Of a stretch of 64,000 nucleotides of DNA, positions 8,923 to 21,341 are shown one piece after another. The notes under the pieces were generated by a model. That model ran no database searches, had not been told where the DNA came from, and was given only the letters and a program-made list of their open reading frames with translations. Within the stretch, counting starts at the first letter, position 1; each line of letters starts with the position of its first letter. Location of the stretch: assembly GCA_963771275.1 (NCBI GenBank), contig CAVYSW010000010.1:384001-448000 (forward strand), given 5' to 3'. Both the position numbers and the translations under genes were made by a program. This DNA is from an uncultured Gemmatimonadales bacterium. GTDB lineage: Bacteria > Gemmatimonadota > Gemmatimonadetes > Gemmatimonadales > GWC2-71-9.

Positions 8923-10207
8923 GCAGCGCACGGTGGAGTTGAGCCTCGGCACGACCGGCGTGGACGCGCAGGGGCGGCCCGTCACGCTGCCGCTCGGGGT
9001 CGCGGACGCGGACCGGGCGGTCGACGAGGCGGCGCAGCTCGGCGGCGAGCACATGCTGATCAACATCGGGCCGCAGCATCCGGCGACGCACGGCGTGCTG
9101 CGCCTCGTGGTGGAGCTCGACGGCGAGGTCGTGCTCCGGGTCATCCCGCACATCGGCTACCTCCATTCCGGATTCGAGAAGCTCGGCGAGTACCGCCACT
9201 ACAACCAGCTGATCCCGCTGACCGACCGGATGGACTACCTGGCCCCGATGTCGAACAACGTGTGCCTGGCGATGGCGGCCGAGAAGCTCATGGGGATCGA
9301 GATCACCGAGCGCTGCCGGGTGCTGCGCGTGATCGCGTGCGAGATGAGCCGCGTCATCTCGCATCTGGTGTGGGCCGGCACGACCGCGCTGGACATCGGG
9401 GCCTTCACGCCGTTCCTCTGGATGTTCCAGGAGCGGGAAAAGATCTACAACCTCCAGGAGGCCTGGACGGGGGCGCGGCTCACCACGTCGCTGACGCGCG
9501 TGGGCGGCCTCATGGCGGACATCCCGGACGGCTTCGTCGACGGCCTCCGGAAGTGCTGCGGCAGCCTGCTCGCGGTGCTCGGCGAGGTGGACGCGGCGCT
9601 CACCCGCAACGGCATCTGGTGCGGCCGGACCCAGGGGATCGGCGTGCTCACCGCCGACGAAGCGATCGACTACTCCCTCTCCGGCGCGATGCTCCGCGCG
9701 AGTGGCGTGCCCTACGACGTGCGCAAGGACCGGCCGTACCTCGGGTACGACACGTACGACTTCGACGTGCCGGTGGGCGAGCACGGGGACGTGTACGACC
9801 GCTACCTGGTGCGGATGGAGGAAATCCGCCAGTCGGTCCGCATCCTCGAGCAGGCGATGGACCGCCTGCCCGGCGGGCCGATCAACGTGGACGACCACCG
9901 CGTGATCCTCCCGCCTAAGCACGCGGTGATGACCGACATGGAGTCCATGATCCACCACTTCAAGCAGGTGATGGAGGGTGTGCAGGCGCCGGTCGGCGAG
10001 GCGTACTTCTCGCTCGAGGGACCCAAGGGCGAGCTGGGCTACTACCTGGTTTCGGACGGAACCGCCAAGCCGGTACGCTGGCGCGTGCGTCCGCCCACGT
10101 TCATCAACCTGGCGGCGATCGAGAAGATGGCCGTCGGCCACCTGCTGTCGGACCTGATCGCGATCAATGCCAGCGTGGACGTCGTGATGGGAGAGATCGA
10201 CCGGTGA
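8915..10207 (+). CDS. nuoD: NADH-quinone oxidoreductase subunit D
   Basis: NIGPQHPATHGVLRL, GYLHSGFEK, EGPKGELG, C-terminal GEIDR. GGAGGAG SD before ATG 8915. Confidence 0.97.
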   Translation: MAEQRTVELSLGTTGVDAQGRPVTLPLGVADADRAVDEAAQLGGEHMLINIGPQHPATHGVLRLVVELDGEVVLRVIPHIGYLHSGFEKLGEYRHYNQLIPLTDRMDYLAPMSNNVCLAMAAEKLMGIEITERCRVLRVIACEMSRVISHLVWAGTTALDIGAFTPFLWMFQEREKIYNLQEAWTGARLTTSLTRVGGLMADIPDGFVDGLRKCCGSLLAVLGEVDAALTRNGIWCGRTQGIGVLTADEAIDYSLSGAMLRASGVPYDVRKDRPYLGYDTYDFDVPVGEHGDVYDRYLVRMEEIRQSVRILEQAMDRLPGGPINVDDHRVILPPKHAVMTDMESMIHHFKQVMEGVQAPVGEAYFSLEGPKGELGYYLVSDGTAKPVRWRVRPPTFINLAAIEKMAVGHLLSDLIAINASVDVVMGEIDR

Positions 10208-10701
10208 AGCAGACGACCTCGGACTACCAGCCGGTCTTCGTGGGCGAGCGGCGCCGGCGGCTCGACGACCTGCTCGCCCGGTATCCCACGAAGCGCGGCG
10301 CGCTGCTGCCGGCCCTGTGGCTCGTGCAGGAAGCGCATGGCTGGATTTCGGACGAGGCGATGGTCGAGCTTGCCGAGACGCTCGGCCTCACCGCGGCCTA
10401 CGTCCGCGGCGTCGTGACGTTCTACACGATGTACCACCAGCACCCGGTGGGCCGGCACTTCATCCAGATCTGCACGACGAGCCCCTGCAACCTGTGCGGC
10501 GCCGAGGGTGTGGCGGCGGCGTTTCTCCAGCATACCGGCTGCGGCGACCTCGGGGCGACGTCGCCGGACGGCCGCTTCACCGTGGTCGAGGTCGAATGCC
10601 TCGGCGCGTGCGGCTTCGCGACTCCGGTCCTGGTGGACGACGACTTCATCGAGAACGTGACGCCGGAGCAGGTGCCCGGCCTGCTGCAGAGGTATCCATA
10701 A
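10204..10701 (+). CDS. nuoE: NADH-quinone oxidoreductase subunit E
   Basis: VVTFYTMY, CTTSPC and ECLGAC (2Fe-2S ligands). Confidence 0.96.
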   Translation: MKQTTSDYQPVFVGERRRRLDDLLARYPTKRGALLPALWLVQEAHGWISDEAMVELAETLGLTAAYVRGVVTFYTMYHQHPVGRHFIQICTTSPCNLCGAEGVAAAFLQHTGCGDLGATSPDGRFTVVEVECLGACGFATPVLVDDDFIENVTPEQVPGLLQRYP

Positions 10702-10769
10702 TGACGTCTGCTGCCTCTGCCGCTCCTGCCGCTCCAGCCCCGGGGCGGGGTGGAAGGGAGGAGGAGTAG
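10701..10769 (+). other. 22-codon mini-ORF (MTSAASAAPAAPAPGRGGREEE) built from 9-bp repeats, filling the nuoE-nuoF gap
   Basis: Its ATG overlaps the nuoE stop (TAATG) and its TAG abuts the nuoF ATG. Repeat units are TCTGCTGCC, TCTGCCGCT and CCTGCCGCT. Confidence 0.5.
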
Positions 10770-12074
<1,305 letters not shown>

Positions 12075-12081
12075 GATCTCC

Positions 12082-13668
12082 ATGGCTGACACACCACAAC
12101 AGGTCACCCTGACGATCGAAGGCGTCACGGTCTCCGTGCCCCGGGGTACGATGATCCTGGAGGCCGCCAAGCGGGCCGGCGTCCTGATCCCGCACTACTG
12201 CTATCACCCCGGCCTGCCGATCGCCGGCGTCTGCCGCATGTGCCTGGTGCAGATCGAAGGCCAGCCCAAGCTGCAGATCGCGTGCGCGACGGCGGTCGCC
12301 GAGGGACAGGTGGTGAACGTCTTCGCGCCGCAGGCCGTGGAAGCGCGCAAAGGCGTGCTCGAGTTCCTGCTGATCAACCACCCACTCGACTGCCCGATCT
12401 GCGACCAGGCCGGCGAGTGCGAGCTGCAGGACTACGTGTTCCGCGAAGGACGCGCGTCCACCCGCTACACGCCGACCTACGCCAAGCGGTTCAATCCGGT
12501 CGAGGATTTCGGCCCCGACGTGCTGTACGTCGCCAACCGCTGCATCCTCTGCACGCGCTGCGTGCGCTTCATGGAACACGCCGCGGAGGAGCCGATCCTC
12601 AACGTGAGCGAGCGCGGCGACCGGGCGTACATCGGCGTGCATCCCGACCGGCAGCTCGACCACCCGTGGTCCGGCAACGTGGTGGATCTCTGCCCGGTGG
12701 GCTCGCTGCTCTCCAAGGACTTCCTGCACAAGGCGCGCGCCTGGGAGCTCGACAAGACCGCGAGCGTCTGCACGGGCTGCTCGCAGGGCTGCAACATCGC
12801 GCTCGAGACACGCCAGGGCACCGTCGTGCGGCTCCGGCCGCGCGTGAACCCGGACGTGAACCGCTACTTCATGTGTGATCACGGCCGGCTGGCCTACCGC
12901 TGGATGAACCGCGGCGACCGGATCGAGGCGCCGCTGGTGCGCCGCGACGGCGGCCTCGCGGCGACCGACTGGGACGAGGCGCTGCGACAGACCGTGGAGC
13001 TGATTGCCGGGGTCGGTGGCGAGGTGCTGGTGCTCGCCTCGCCGGCCGCGTCGACCGAAGCGCTCTACCTGGCGCGCCGGGTGGCGGGCGAGCGGTTCCG
13101 CGGTGCGTTCCGCGTGGCGCGAGTCCCCGGCGAGGCGCCGCTCGCGGGCGTGCCTCATCTGGCGCTGCGCGAGGAGCGGGCGCCCAATGTGCGGGGTGCC
13201 ACCGCACTTGGCTACGCGGAGGCGTTCGATCGCGCGGTGGCTGGGGTGGGGCGGGCCGCCGTGGTGCTGGTGCTCGACGAGGCGCTGCATGACCTGCCGG
13301 CCGACGCGCTCGCCCAGGCGCCGGCGGTGATCTACCTCGGGACCACGTTGCCCGAGGCGGCGCGTGGCGCCCGCATCGTGCTGCCGATCACCGACGTCGC
13401 GGAGGAGGACGGCACGTTCGTGAACCGCGACGGCCGGGTGCAGCGCTACACGCAGGCCCGCGGCGGGCCGGGGATGGCGCGGCCCGCGTGGTGGGTGCTG
13501 GGTGGGCTGCTGGCTGAGCTCGGGCGGGGTCCGGAGCCCGGCAGTGCTGCCGAGGCGTTCGCGATGCTGGCCGCCGAGGTCGAGACGTTCGGGGGCCTGT
13601 CTTACACGGTGCTCGGCATGCGGGGGGCCCGCCTGGGCCAGCGCACGCCGGCGGGAGCGACCGCGTGA
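12082..13668 (+). CDS. nuoG: NADH-quinone oxidoreductase subunit G (short form)
   Basis: HYCYHP...CRMC, HPLDCPICDQAGEC, CILCTRC...CPVG, and CTGCSQGC...C (N7-type motif). 528 aa. Confidence 0.95.
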   Translation: MADTPQQVTLTIEGVTVSVPRGTMILEAAKRAGVLIPHYCYHPGLPIAGVCRMCLVQIEGQPKLQIACATAVAEGQVVNVFAPQAVEARKGVLEFLLINHPLDCPICDQAGECELQDYVFREGRASTRYTPTYAKRFNPVEDFGPDVLYVANRCILCTRCVRFMEHAAEEPILNVSERGDRAYIGVHPDRQLDHPWSGNVVDLCPVGSLLSKDFLHKARAWELDKTASVCTGCSQGCNIALETRQGTVVRLRPRVNPDVNRYFMCDHGRLAYRWMNRGDRIEAPLVRRDGGLAATDWDEALRQTVELIAGVGGEVLVLASPAASTEALYLARRVAGERFRGAFRVARVPGEAPLAGVPHLALREERAPNVRGATALGYAEAFDRAVAGVGRAAVVLVLDEALHDLPADALAQAPAVIYLGTTLPEAARGARIVLPITDVAEEDGTFVNRDGRVQRYTQARGGPGMARPAWWVLGGLLAELGRGPEPGSAAEAFAMLAAEVETFGGLSYTVLGMRGARLGQRTPAGATA

Positions 13669-14894
13669 GTCCGGAGCTCAAGGGGCTGCTGCTGGTCAGC
13701 GCCATTCAGGTCGTCGGGCTGTTCACCGCGCTGCTGATCGGCGTGATTCTCGTGGTGTGGATCGAGCGGCGCGGCAGCGCGCTGCTGCAGGACCGCCGCG
13801 GTCCCAACCGGGTAGGGCCGTTCGGCCTGCTGCAGAACGTGGCCGACGGGCTCAAGAATCTGATCAAGGAAGAGGTCGTGCCCGCCGGAGCGGACAAGTT
13901 CCTGTTCCAGCTGGCGCCGCTCCTGTCGTTCGTCCCGTCCCTCATCATGTTCGCTGTGATTCCGTTCGCGGCGCCGCTGCCGCCGTTCGACATCACGCTC
14001 CCGCTCCTCGGACACGTGGTGCACCAGGCGCCGGTGGCGGCGATGGTGGCCGACCTGCCGATCGGGTTCCTGTTCATCATCGCGATCTCGAGCGTCGCGG
14101 TGTACGGCGTCGTGCTGGCGGGCTGGTCGTCCAACTCGAAGTACTCGCTGCTGGGCGGGCTCCGCGCGAGCGCCCAGATGATCAGCTACGAGCTCACCAT
14201 CGGGCTCTCACTCGTGGTCGTGCTGCTGCTGGCCGGCAACGTGCCGCTCACGCAGGTGGTCGCGTTCCAGCAGCACACGGTGTGGCTCGTGCTCGCGGCC
14301 ATGCTCGGCTACATCCTGTTCCACATCGCGGCGTTCGCCGAGACCAACCGGCTGCCGTTCGACCTCCCCGAGGCCGAGGCGGAGCTGGTCGCCGGCTATC
14401 ACGCCGAGTACAGCGCGATGAAGTACGCGATGTACCCGCTGTCCGAATTCGCCGCCCTCATCACGATGTCCGCGCTGATCGCGACGCTGTTCTTCGGCGG
14501 CTGGGACATTCCGTTCACGCACTGGGACGAGCAGGTGGCGACGGCGTGGACGGGGGAGGCCGTGGCGCGCTTCCTCCTGACCAACCTCGCGTTCCTGCTC
14601 AAGACGCTGTTCTTCGTCTGGGTCTACGTGTGGGTGCGCTGGACGGTGCCGCGGTTCCGCTACGACCAGTTGATGTACCTCGGGTGGAAGGTCCTGCTGC
14701 CCGTGGCGCTGGCGTACGTGGTCGTGATGGCGACGGCGGTCCTGCTGCTCGAGCGCGCGGGCGTGCCGCAGGACTGGAGATACGGCATGGTCCTGTTCCT
14801 GGTGAACGTCCCGCTGGTCGCGGCGCTCGTGCTCGGGCTCGATCGGCAGCGGCTCGTCGCCGGGACGCAACGGCGCACGCGGGTGGAGGCGTAG
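13665..14894 (+). CDS. nuoH: NADH-quinone oxidoreductase subunit H
   Basis: GPNRVGPFGLLQ, SKYSLLGGLRASAQMISYE, AETNRLPFDLPEAE, PRFRYDQLM. Confidence 0.97.
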   Translation: MSPELKGLLLVSAIQVVGLFTALLIGVILVVWIERRGSALLQDRRGPNRVGPFGLLQNVADGLKNLIKEEVVPAGADKFLFQLAPLLSFVPSLIMFAVIPFAAPLPPFDITLPLLGHVVHQAPVAAMVADLPIGFLFIIAISSVAVYGVVLAGWSSNSKYSLLGGLRASAQMISYELTIGLSLVVVLLLAGNVPLTQVVAFQQHTVWLVLAAMLGYILFHIAAFAETNRLPFDLPEAEAELVAGYHAEYSAMKYAMYPLSEFAALITMSALIATLFFGGWDIPFTHWDEQVATAWTGEAVARFLLTNLAFLLKTLFFVWVYVWVRWTVPRFRYDQLMYLGWKVLLPVALAYVVVMATAVLLLERAGVPQDWRYGMVLFLVNVPLVAALVLGLDRQRLVAGTQRRTRVEA

Positions 14895-15404
14895 ATGGCG
14901 ATCGGTGTGAAGCGCATGCACCGCCCCGAGCGGGAGGTGAGCTACCTCCGCGCGACGCTCAAGGGGATGGCGGTGACGTTCCGGCACGTGTTCCGGCGCT
15001 CGGTGACGATGCAGTACCCCGAGCAGACCGCGCAGGAGGGGTTCTGGTCGATCGATCCCCGCTGGCGCGGCACGCACCGCATGCTCACCGACGAGCAGGG
15101 CCGGGCCAAGTGCGTGGCCTGCGGGCTGTGCCCGCAGATCTGCCCCGCCAACTGCATCAAGCTGGTACCCGGGGAGGACGAGCAGGGGAACCGCTACCCG
15201 CTGATCTACGAGATCGACGAGTTCCGCTGCGTGTTCTGCGGCTACTGCCAGGAAGTCTGCCCCGAGGAGGCGATTCACGTGGGCGTGCACTACGAGAACG
15301 CCGAGTACGACCGGGAGCGGTTCGTGTACGACCTCGAGCGCCTCTGTGCCCAGACGCACCCGGTCTCGACGCTGTGGGATCCCTCCGACCCCAAGGGGGA
15401 ATGA
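14895..15404 (+). CDS. nuoI: NADH-quinone oxidoreductase subunit I
   Basis: Two CxxCxxCxxxCP motifs and TMQYPE. Confidence 0.97.
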   Translation: MAIGVKRMHRPEREVSYLRATLKGMAVTFRHVFRRSVTMQYPEQTAQEGFWSIDPRWRGTHRMLTDEQGRAKCVACGLCPQICPANCIKLVPGEDEQGNRYPLIYEIDEFRCVFCGYCQEVCPEEAIHVGVHYENAEYDRERFVYDLERLCAQTHPVSTLWDPSDPKGE

Positions 15405-15407
15405 CGC

Positions 15408-15947
<540 letters not shown>

Positions 15948-16244
15948 ATGCTGCTCGGCCCCGCGCTCGGTGTCTCGGCGCTGCTGTTCGTGATCGGCGT
16001 GGGCGGCGTGCTGCTGCGCCGCAACGCCATCGTCATCTTCATGTGCGTCGAGCTGATGCTCAACGCGGTCAACCTCACGTTCGTGGCCCTGGCCCAGCAG
16101 CTCGGGCCGGACGGCCAGGTCATCGTGTTCTTCGTGATGGCCGTCGCCGCCGCCGAGGCGGCCGTGGGGCTCGCGATCATCTTGGCCGTCTACCGCCACA
16201 AGGAGTCGGTCAACCTCCAGGACATCAACCTGCTGCGCGGCTAA
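15948..16244 (+). CDS. nuoK: NADH-quinone oxidoreductase subunit K
   Basis: [25 protein letters not shown]. Confidence 0.97.
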   Translation: MLLGPALGVSALLFVIGVGGVLLRRNAIVIFMCVELMLNAVNLTFVALAQQLGPDGQVIVFFVMAVAAAEAAVGLAIILAVYRHKESVNLQDINLLRG

Positions 16245-18223
16245 TGCCTCCCGTCATCGAGTTGGTCTGGCTCGTGGTGCTCCTGCCGTTCGTCGGCTTT
16301 CTGGCGAACGGCGCCCTGAGCTTCTGGAAGCCCGACGCGAAGCGCGCGGTCTCGGCGATCGGCGTCGGCGTCCTGGTCGCCGCGTTCGTGGTGGCTCTGG
16401 CGGTGGTGCGCGAGGTCGCGGTGATCCGCCCCGGCGAGCCGTTCATCGTGACGCTGTGGCCCTGGATGCCGATCGGCGACCTCCGGCTCGACGTGGCGTT
16501 TCAGGTGGACCAGCTGTCCGCCGTGATGCTGCTCGTCGTCACCGGCGTGAGCATGCTGATCCACATCTTCAGCGTCGGCTACATGGGTGCCGACCGGAGT
16601 TATCCGCGCTACTTCGCGTACCTCAACCTGTTCGTCTTCTTCATGCTGGTGCTGGTGCTCGGCGCCAGCTTCCCGATCCTGTTCATCGGGTGGGAAGGCG
16701 TCGGGCTCTGCAGCTACCTCCTGATCGGGTTCTGGTACGACGTCAAGGCGAACGCCGACGCGGGGAAGAAGGCCTTCATCATGAACCGCATCGGGGACTT
16801 CGGGTTCCTGATCGCGATGTTCATGATCTTCAAGGCCACCGGCTCGCTCGCGTTCGATCAGGTGTTCGGCTCGGCCTCCCGCGTCTTCGCGATCGGCGGG
16901 CCGACCATCACCGCCATCACGCTCTTCCTGTTCCTCGGCTGCACCGGCAAGTCGGCGCAGATCCCGCTCTACACCTGGCTGCCCGACGCCATGGCCGGCC
17001 CGACGCCGGTCTCCGCCCTGATCCACGCGGCCACGATGGTCACGGCCGGCGTCTACCTGGTGGCGCGCACCAATCTGCTGTTCGCCATGGCGCCGATCTC
17101 GGGCGCCGTGGTCGCCGGCGTGGGGGCCCTCACCGCGCTGTGGGCCGCCACGATCGCGCTCAAGCAGTGGGACATCAAGAAGGTGCTGGCGTACTCGACC
17201 GTCTCGCAGCTCGGCTACATGTTCGTCGGGGTGGGCGTCGGCGCGATCTCGTCGGGCATCTTCCATCTGGTCACACACTCCTTCTTCAAGGCCTTGCTGT
17301 TCCTGGGATCCGGCAGCGTGATTCACGCGCTGCACCACGCCTACCACGCCACCCACAGCCACGACGACCCGCAGGACATGCGCAACATGGGCGGCCTGAG
17401 GCGCTGGATGCCGTGGACCGCCGGCGTGATGTGGGTCGCCACGCTCGCGATCGCCGGGGTCCCCGGCCTGTCCGGGTTCTTCTCCAAGGACGAGATCCTG
17501 GCGGAGACGTTCCTCAAGGGCCACGAGCATCCGGTGTTCTACGTGTTCTGGGCGGTCGGCGCGCTCGCGGCCCTGCTCACCGCGTTCTACATGACGCGCA
17601 TGATGCTCTACACGTTCCACGGCCCGAGCCGGGCCGGGACGGAGGAGCAGAAGCACCTGCACGAGGCGCCGTGGGTGATGACCGGCCCGCTCCTGGTGCT
17701 CGCGGCGGGGAGCCTGCTGGGCGGCGTGCTGAACCTGCCGGAGATCCTGCCGGGTGCCGGCTGGCTCAAGGAGTGGCTCGAGCCCGTCACCTCGGCCGGC
17801 GACTTCTTCCGGCCCGAGGCGCACCTCACGCACGGAACCGAGTGGGCGTTGCTCGGCCTCGCCACGCTGATCGCGGCGGCCGGCATGCTCGGCGCCTGGC
17901 GGCTGCTCAAGCCGGCGCGACTGGTGCGCGCGGCCGACGCGCCCGCCGAGACCGGCATCGAGCGCGTGCTCCTCAAGAAGTGGTACATCGACGAGATCTA
18001 CGACGCGCTGGTCGTGCGTCCCCTGGTCTGGCTGTCGGAGAAGGTGCTGTGGCGGGCGGTGGACGCGGGCGTGATCGACGGCGCCGGCGTCAACGGGTCG
18101 GCCCGGGTCGCCCGCGGATTCGGTGCCATCGGCTCGTGGCTCCAGACCGGTCAGGTCGGCACCTACGTCTTCTTCTTCGTCGTCGGCGTGCTGCTGATGC
18201 TGCGCGCCGTGACGCGATCCTGA
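16244..18223 (+). CDS. nuoL: NADH-quinone oxidoreductase subunit L
   Basis: GWEGVGLCSYLLIGFW, GKSAQIPLYTWLPDAMAGPTPVSALIHAATMV. The ATG overlaps the nuoK stop. Confidence 0.97.
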   Translation: MPPVIELVWLVVLLPFVGFLANGALSFWKPDAKRAVSAIGVGVLVAAFVVALAVVREVAVIRPGEPFIVTLWPWMPIGDLRLDVAFQVDQLSAVMLLVVTGVSMLIHIFSVGYMGADRSYPRYFAYLNLFVFFMLVLVLGASFPILFIGWEGVGLCSYLLIGFWYDVKANADAGKKAFIMNRIGDFGFLIAMFMIFKATGSLAFDQVFGSASRVFAIGGPTITAITLFLFLGCTGKSAQIPLYTWLPDAMAGPTPVSALIHAATMVTAGVYLVARTNLLFAMAPISGAVVAGVGALTALWAATIALKQWDIKKVLAYSTVSQLGYMFVGVGVGAISSGIFHLVTHSFFKALLFLGSGSVIHALHHAYHATHSHDDPQDMRNMGGLRRWMPWTAGVMWVATLAIAGVPGLSGFFSKDEILAETFLKGHEHPVFYVFWAVGALAALLTAFYMTRMMLYTFHGPSRAGTEEQKHLHEAPWVMTGPLLVLAAGSLLGGVLNLPEILPGAGWLKEWLEPVTSAGDFFRPEAHLTHGTEWALLGLATLIAAAGMLGAWRLLKPARLVRAADAPAETGIERVLLKKWYIDEIYDALVVRPLVWLSEKVLWRAVDAGVIDGAGVNGSARVARGFGAIGSWLQTGQVGTYVFFFVVGVLLMLRAVTRS

Positions 18224-18224
18224 G

Positions 18225-19787
18225 ATGAGCGACTTCCTGCTGAGCATCGGCTACGATCGCTGGATCCTGAACGCGCTGCTCGTGCTGCCCCTGGCGGGCG
18301 CCCTGCTCGTGCTCGCGGTCCCAGCGGCGCGCGCCAAGCACGTGGCCTTCGCGATCGCCCTGGTGGAGTTCCTCGTGTCGGCGGGGCTGTGGTGGAGCTA
18401 CGACCCGGGTGAGGGGGCCATGCAGCTCGAGTTCGTGGCCCGGTGGATTCCCGCGTTCGGGATCTCCTACCACGTCGGGCTCGACGGCATCTCGGTCTTC
18501 ATGGTGCTGCTCACCACCTTCACCATGCCGCTCGCGATCCTCGGGAGCTGGGCGTACATCACCAGCAAGGAGCGGGGCTTCTACGCGCAGATGCTGGTGA
18601 TGACCACGGGCATGCTCGGCGTGTTCATCGCGCTCGACCTGTTCCTGTTCTACGTCTTCTGGGAGATCATGCTGATCCCGATGTATTTCATCATCGGGAT
18701 CTGGGGCGGCGCCCGCCGGCTCTACGCGGCGATCAAGTTCTTCCTCTACACGTTCGTGGGATCGCTGCTCATGCTGGTGGCGATCCTCGTGTTCTACGCG
18801 GTGGTGGGGCGCGAGGCAGGGCGCTACGACTTCGACTACGCCTACTTGCTGAGCCACGCGGACCTGGTGCGGCCGTGGGCGTTCTGGCTGTTCGGCGCGT
18901 TCGCGCTGGCGTTTGCGATCAAGGTGCCGCTGTTCCCGTTCCACACGTGGCTGCCGGACGCCCACGTCGAGGCGCCGACCGCCGGCTCGGTGGTCCTGGC
19001 GGGCATCCTTCTCAAGATGGGGACGTACGGCTTCCTCCGGTTCGCGGTGCCGTTCTTCCCCAGCGTCGCGTTTCACCCCCAGGTCGCGACCCTCATGATC
19101 GTGCTCGCGGTGGTCGGGATCATCTACGGTGCGCTCGTCGCCATGGTGCAGCCCGACTTCAAGAAGCTGATCGCCTACTCGTCGGTGAGCCACCTCGGCT
19201 TCGTGATGCTCGGCATCTGGGCGCTCACCAACCAGAGCGTGGCCGGCGCGATCCTCATCATGGTGAACCACGGCATCTCGACCGGGGCCCTGTTCCTCCT
19301 GGTCGGGATGATGTACGAGCGCCGCCACAGCCGCGAGATCGCGGCGTACGGCGGCATCGCGCGCGTCATGCCGGCCTTCGCGGCGATCCTGACGCTGGTC
19401 TCGCTGTCGTCGATCGGGCTCCCCGGCACCAACGGGTTCGTGGGCGAGTTTCTCGTGCTGCTCGGGTCGTTCCGCACGCAGCCCTGGGCCGCGGGCATCG
19501 CGGCAACGGGCGTGATCTTCGCGGCCGCCTACCTGCTGTGGTCGCTGCAGCGCATCATCTACAACCCGCTCGACAAGCCCGAGAACCGGACGTTGAAGGA
19601 CCTGTCGCGCCGCGAGCTCGCCATCCTCGTGCCGATTGTGGTCATGATCCTGTGGATCGGCGTCTACCCCAGGCCGTTCCTGAGCCGCATTGAGCCCTCG
19701 GTCGCCCGGTTCGTCGAGCAGGCGCGCGCCGGCGCGCCGCCGACGCTGCAGGTGGGGCGGGCAGCGGCGGGGAGGACCGCGCGATGA
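18225..19787 (+). CDS. nuoM: NADH-quinone oxidoreductase subunit M
   Basis: FYVFWEIMLIPMY, PFHTWLPDAHVEAPT, KKLIAYSSVSH, GLPGTNGFVGE. Confidence 0.97.
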   Translation: MSDFLLSIGYDRWILNALLVLPLAGALLVLAVPAARAKHVAFAIALVEFLVSAGLWWSYDPGEGAMQLEFVARWIPAFGISYHVGLDGISVFMVLLTTFTMPLAILGSWAYITSKERGFYAQMLVMTTGMLGVFIALDLFLFYVFWEIMLIPMYFIIGIWGGARRLYAAIKFFLYTFVGSLLMLVAILVFYAVVGREAGRYDFDYAYLLSHADLVRPWAFWLFGAFALAFAIKVPLFPFHTWLPDAHVEAPTAGSVVLAGILLKMGTYGFLRFAVPFFPSVAFHPQVATLMIVLAVVGIIYGALVAMVQPDFKKLIAYSSVSHLGFVMLGIWALTNQSVAGAILIMVNHGISTGALFLLVGMMYERRHSREIAAYGGIARVMPAFAAILTLVSLSSIGLPGTNGFVGEFLVLLGSFRTQPWAAGIAATGVIFAAAYLLWSLQRIIYNPLDKPENRTLKDLSRRELAILVPIVVMILWIGVYPRPFLSRIEPSVARFVEQARAGAPPTLQVGRAAAGRTAR

Positions 19788-21305
19788 GCGGCCTGCTGAT
19801 CGACTCTGTCGACGCCGCTGGGCGTGGCCACGGCGCTTCTGCCCGAGATCGTCCTCACCGCGTGGGCGCTGCTCCTGCTGCTGGTGATCGGCTGGCGCCA
19901 CCACCGACCCGACCATCACCGCTGGGCGGGGGGCTTCACGCTCGTCGGCCTCGTCGTCGCGCTGGTGGTCGTGATCGGGCTATGGCGCGCCAACACGCAG
20001 GTCGAGGGGCTGCCGCTGATGGTCGCGGTCGACGGGTTCCGCTGGGCAACGGCGTCCGTGCTCCTGCTCGGCGCGATCGCCACCGTGCTGCTGAGCCTGG
20101 GCTACCTGGGTCGGGAGCGCATCCTGGTCCCCGAGTTCTACGTGATGCTGCTGTTCGCCACGATCGGGATGCTGCTGATGGGCGGGGCGGCGGACCTGCT
20201 CGTCCTGTTCCTCGGGATCGAGCTGATGTCGATCTCCGTGTACGTGCTGGCGGGCATCCGGCGCCAGAGCCCGCAATCCGCCGAGGCGGCCCTCAAGTAC
20301 TTCCTGCTCGGCGCGTTCGCGTCGGGGTTCCTGCTGTACGGCATCGCGCTGCTGTACGGCGCCACCGGCACCACCAACCTCACCGCGATCGGCTTCCAAC
20401 TGTCGCAGTCCGCCGTCGTGCATCGCCCGATGTTCGGCTTCGGCGTGGCACTCCTGCTCGTCGGCTTCGGGTTCAAGGTCTCGGCGGTCCCGTTCCACAT
20501 GTGGGCCCCCGACGTGTACGACGGCGCGCCGACGCCGGTGACGGCGTACATGGCCGCCGTCGTGAAGGCCGCCGCGTTCGCGGCGCTGCTGCGCGTGAGC
20601 ATCGTCGCGCTGGGCGAGGCCCATGTTGCCTGGCAGGCCATGGTCTGGTGGCTTGCCGCCGCCACCATGGTCGTCGGGAACGTCATCGCGCTCGCGCAGC
20701 GCCGGCTTAAGCGGATGCTGGCGTACAGCTCGATCGCGCACGCGGGGTACCTGCTGGCCGCGGTCGCGACGGGGACGACGCAGGGAGTGTCCGCGTTCCT
20801 GTTCTACGCGTTGGCCTACACGCTCATGACGGTCGGCGCGTTCGCGGTGGTCGGCGCGGTGGGACGGAACGGCGAGAGCGACCTGCTGGTCGACGATCTG
20901 AACGGGCTGTCGGATCGGCGGCCATGGCTGGCGTTCGGGATGGCCGTGTTCATGCTCTCGCTGCTCGGCTTCCCCGGGACGGCCGGCTTCATCGGGAAAT
21001 GGCTGATCCTCACGGGCGCGGTCGCCGCCGGGCAGAGCTCGCTTGCGGTCATCCTCGTCGGAGCCAGCGTCCTGTCCGCAGGGTACTACCTGCCGGTGAT
21101 CATGGCGATGTACATGAAGCCCGCCGACCGGCCCGAAGTGGCCGAAGGGGCCACGCTCGCGGGCGGCGCGCGTGCCGTCGTGCTGGCGGCCGCCCTGGTT
21201 CTCTTGCTGTTCGGGGTCTGGCCCAACCGCGCGCTGGACGTCGCCCGGACGACGGGCGAGAACCTGCGCCCCGCGGGCGCAGTGATCATCAGCTCGCTCC
21301 ACTGA
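19784..21305 (+). CDS. nuoN: NADH-quinone oxidoreductase subunit N (apparent +1 frameshift near 19805)
   Basis: EAALKYFLLG, PFHMWAPDVYDGAP, KRMLAYSSIAHAGY. ATG 19784 has a GGAGG SD and overlaps the nuoM stop, but is one base out of frame with the body. The in-frame GTG is at 19824. Confidence 0.95.
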
Positions 21306-21341
21306 GTCCGGACGAGTCGAGTCGAGGGACGAGGTGCCCCT

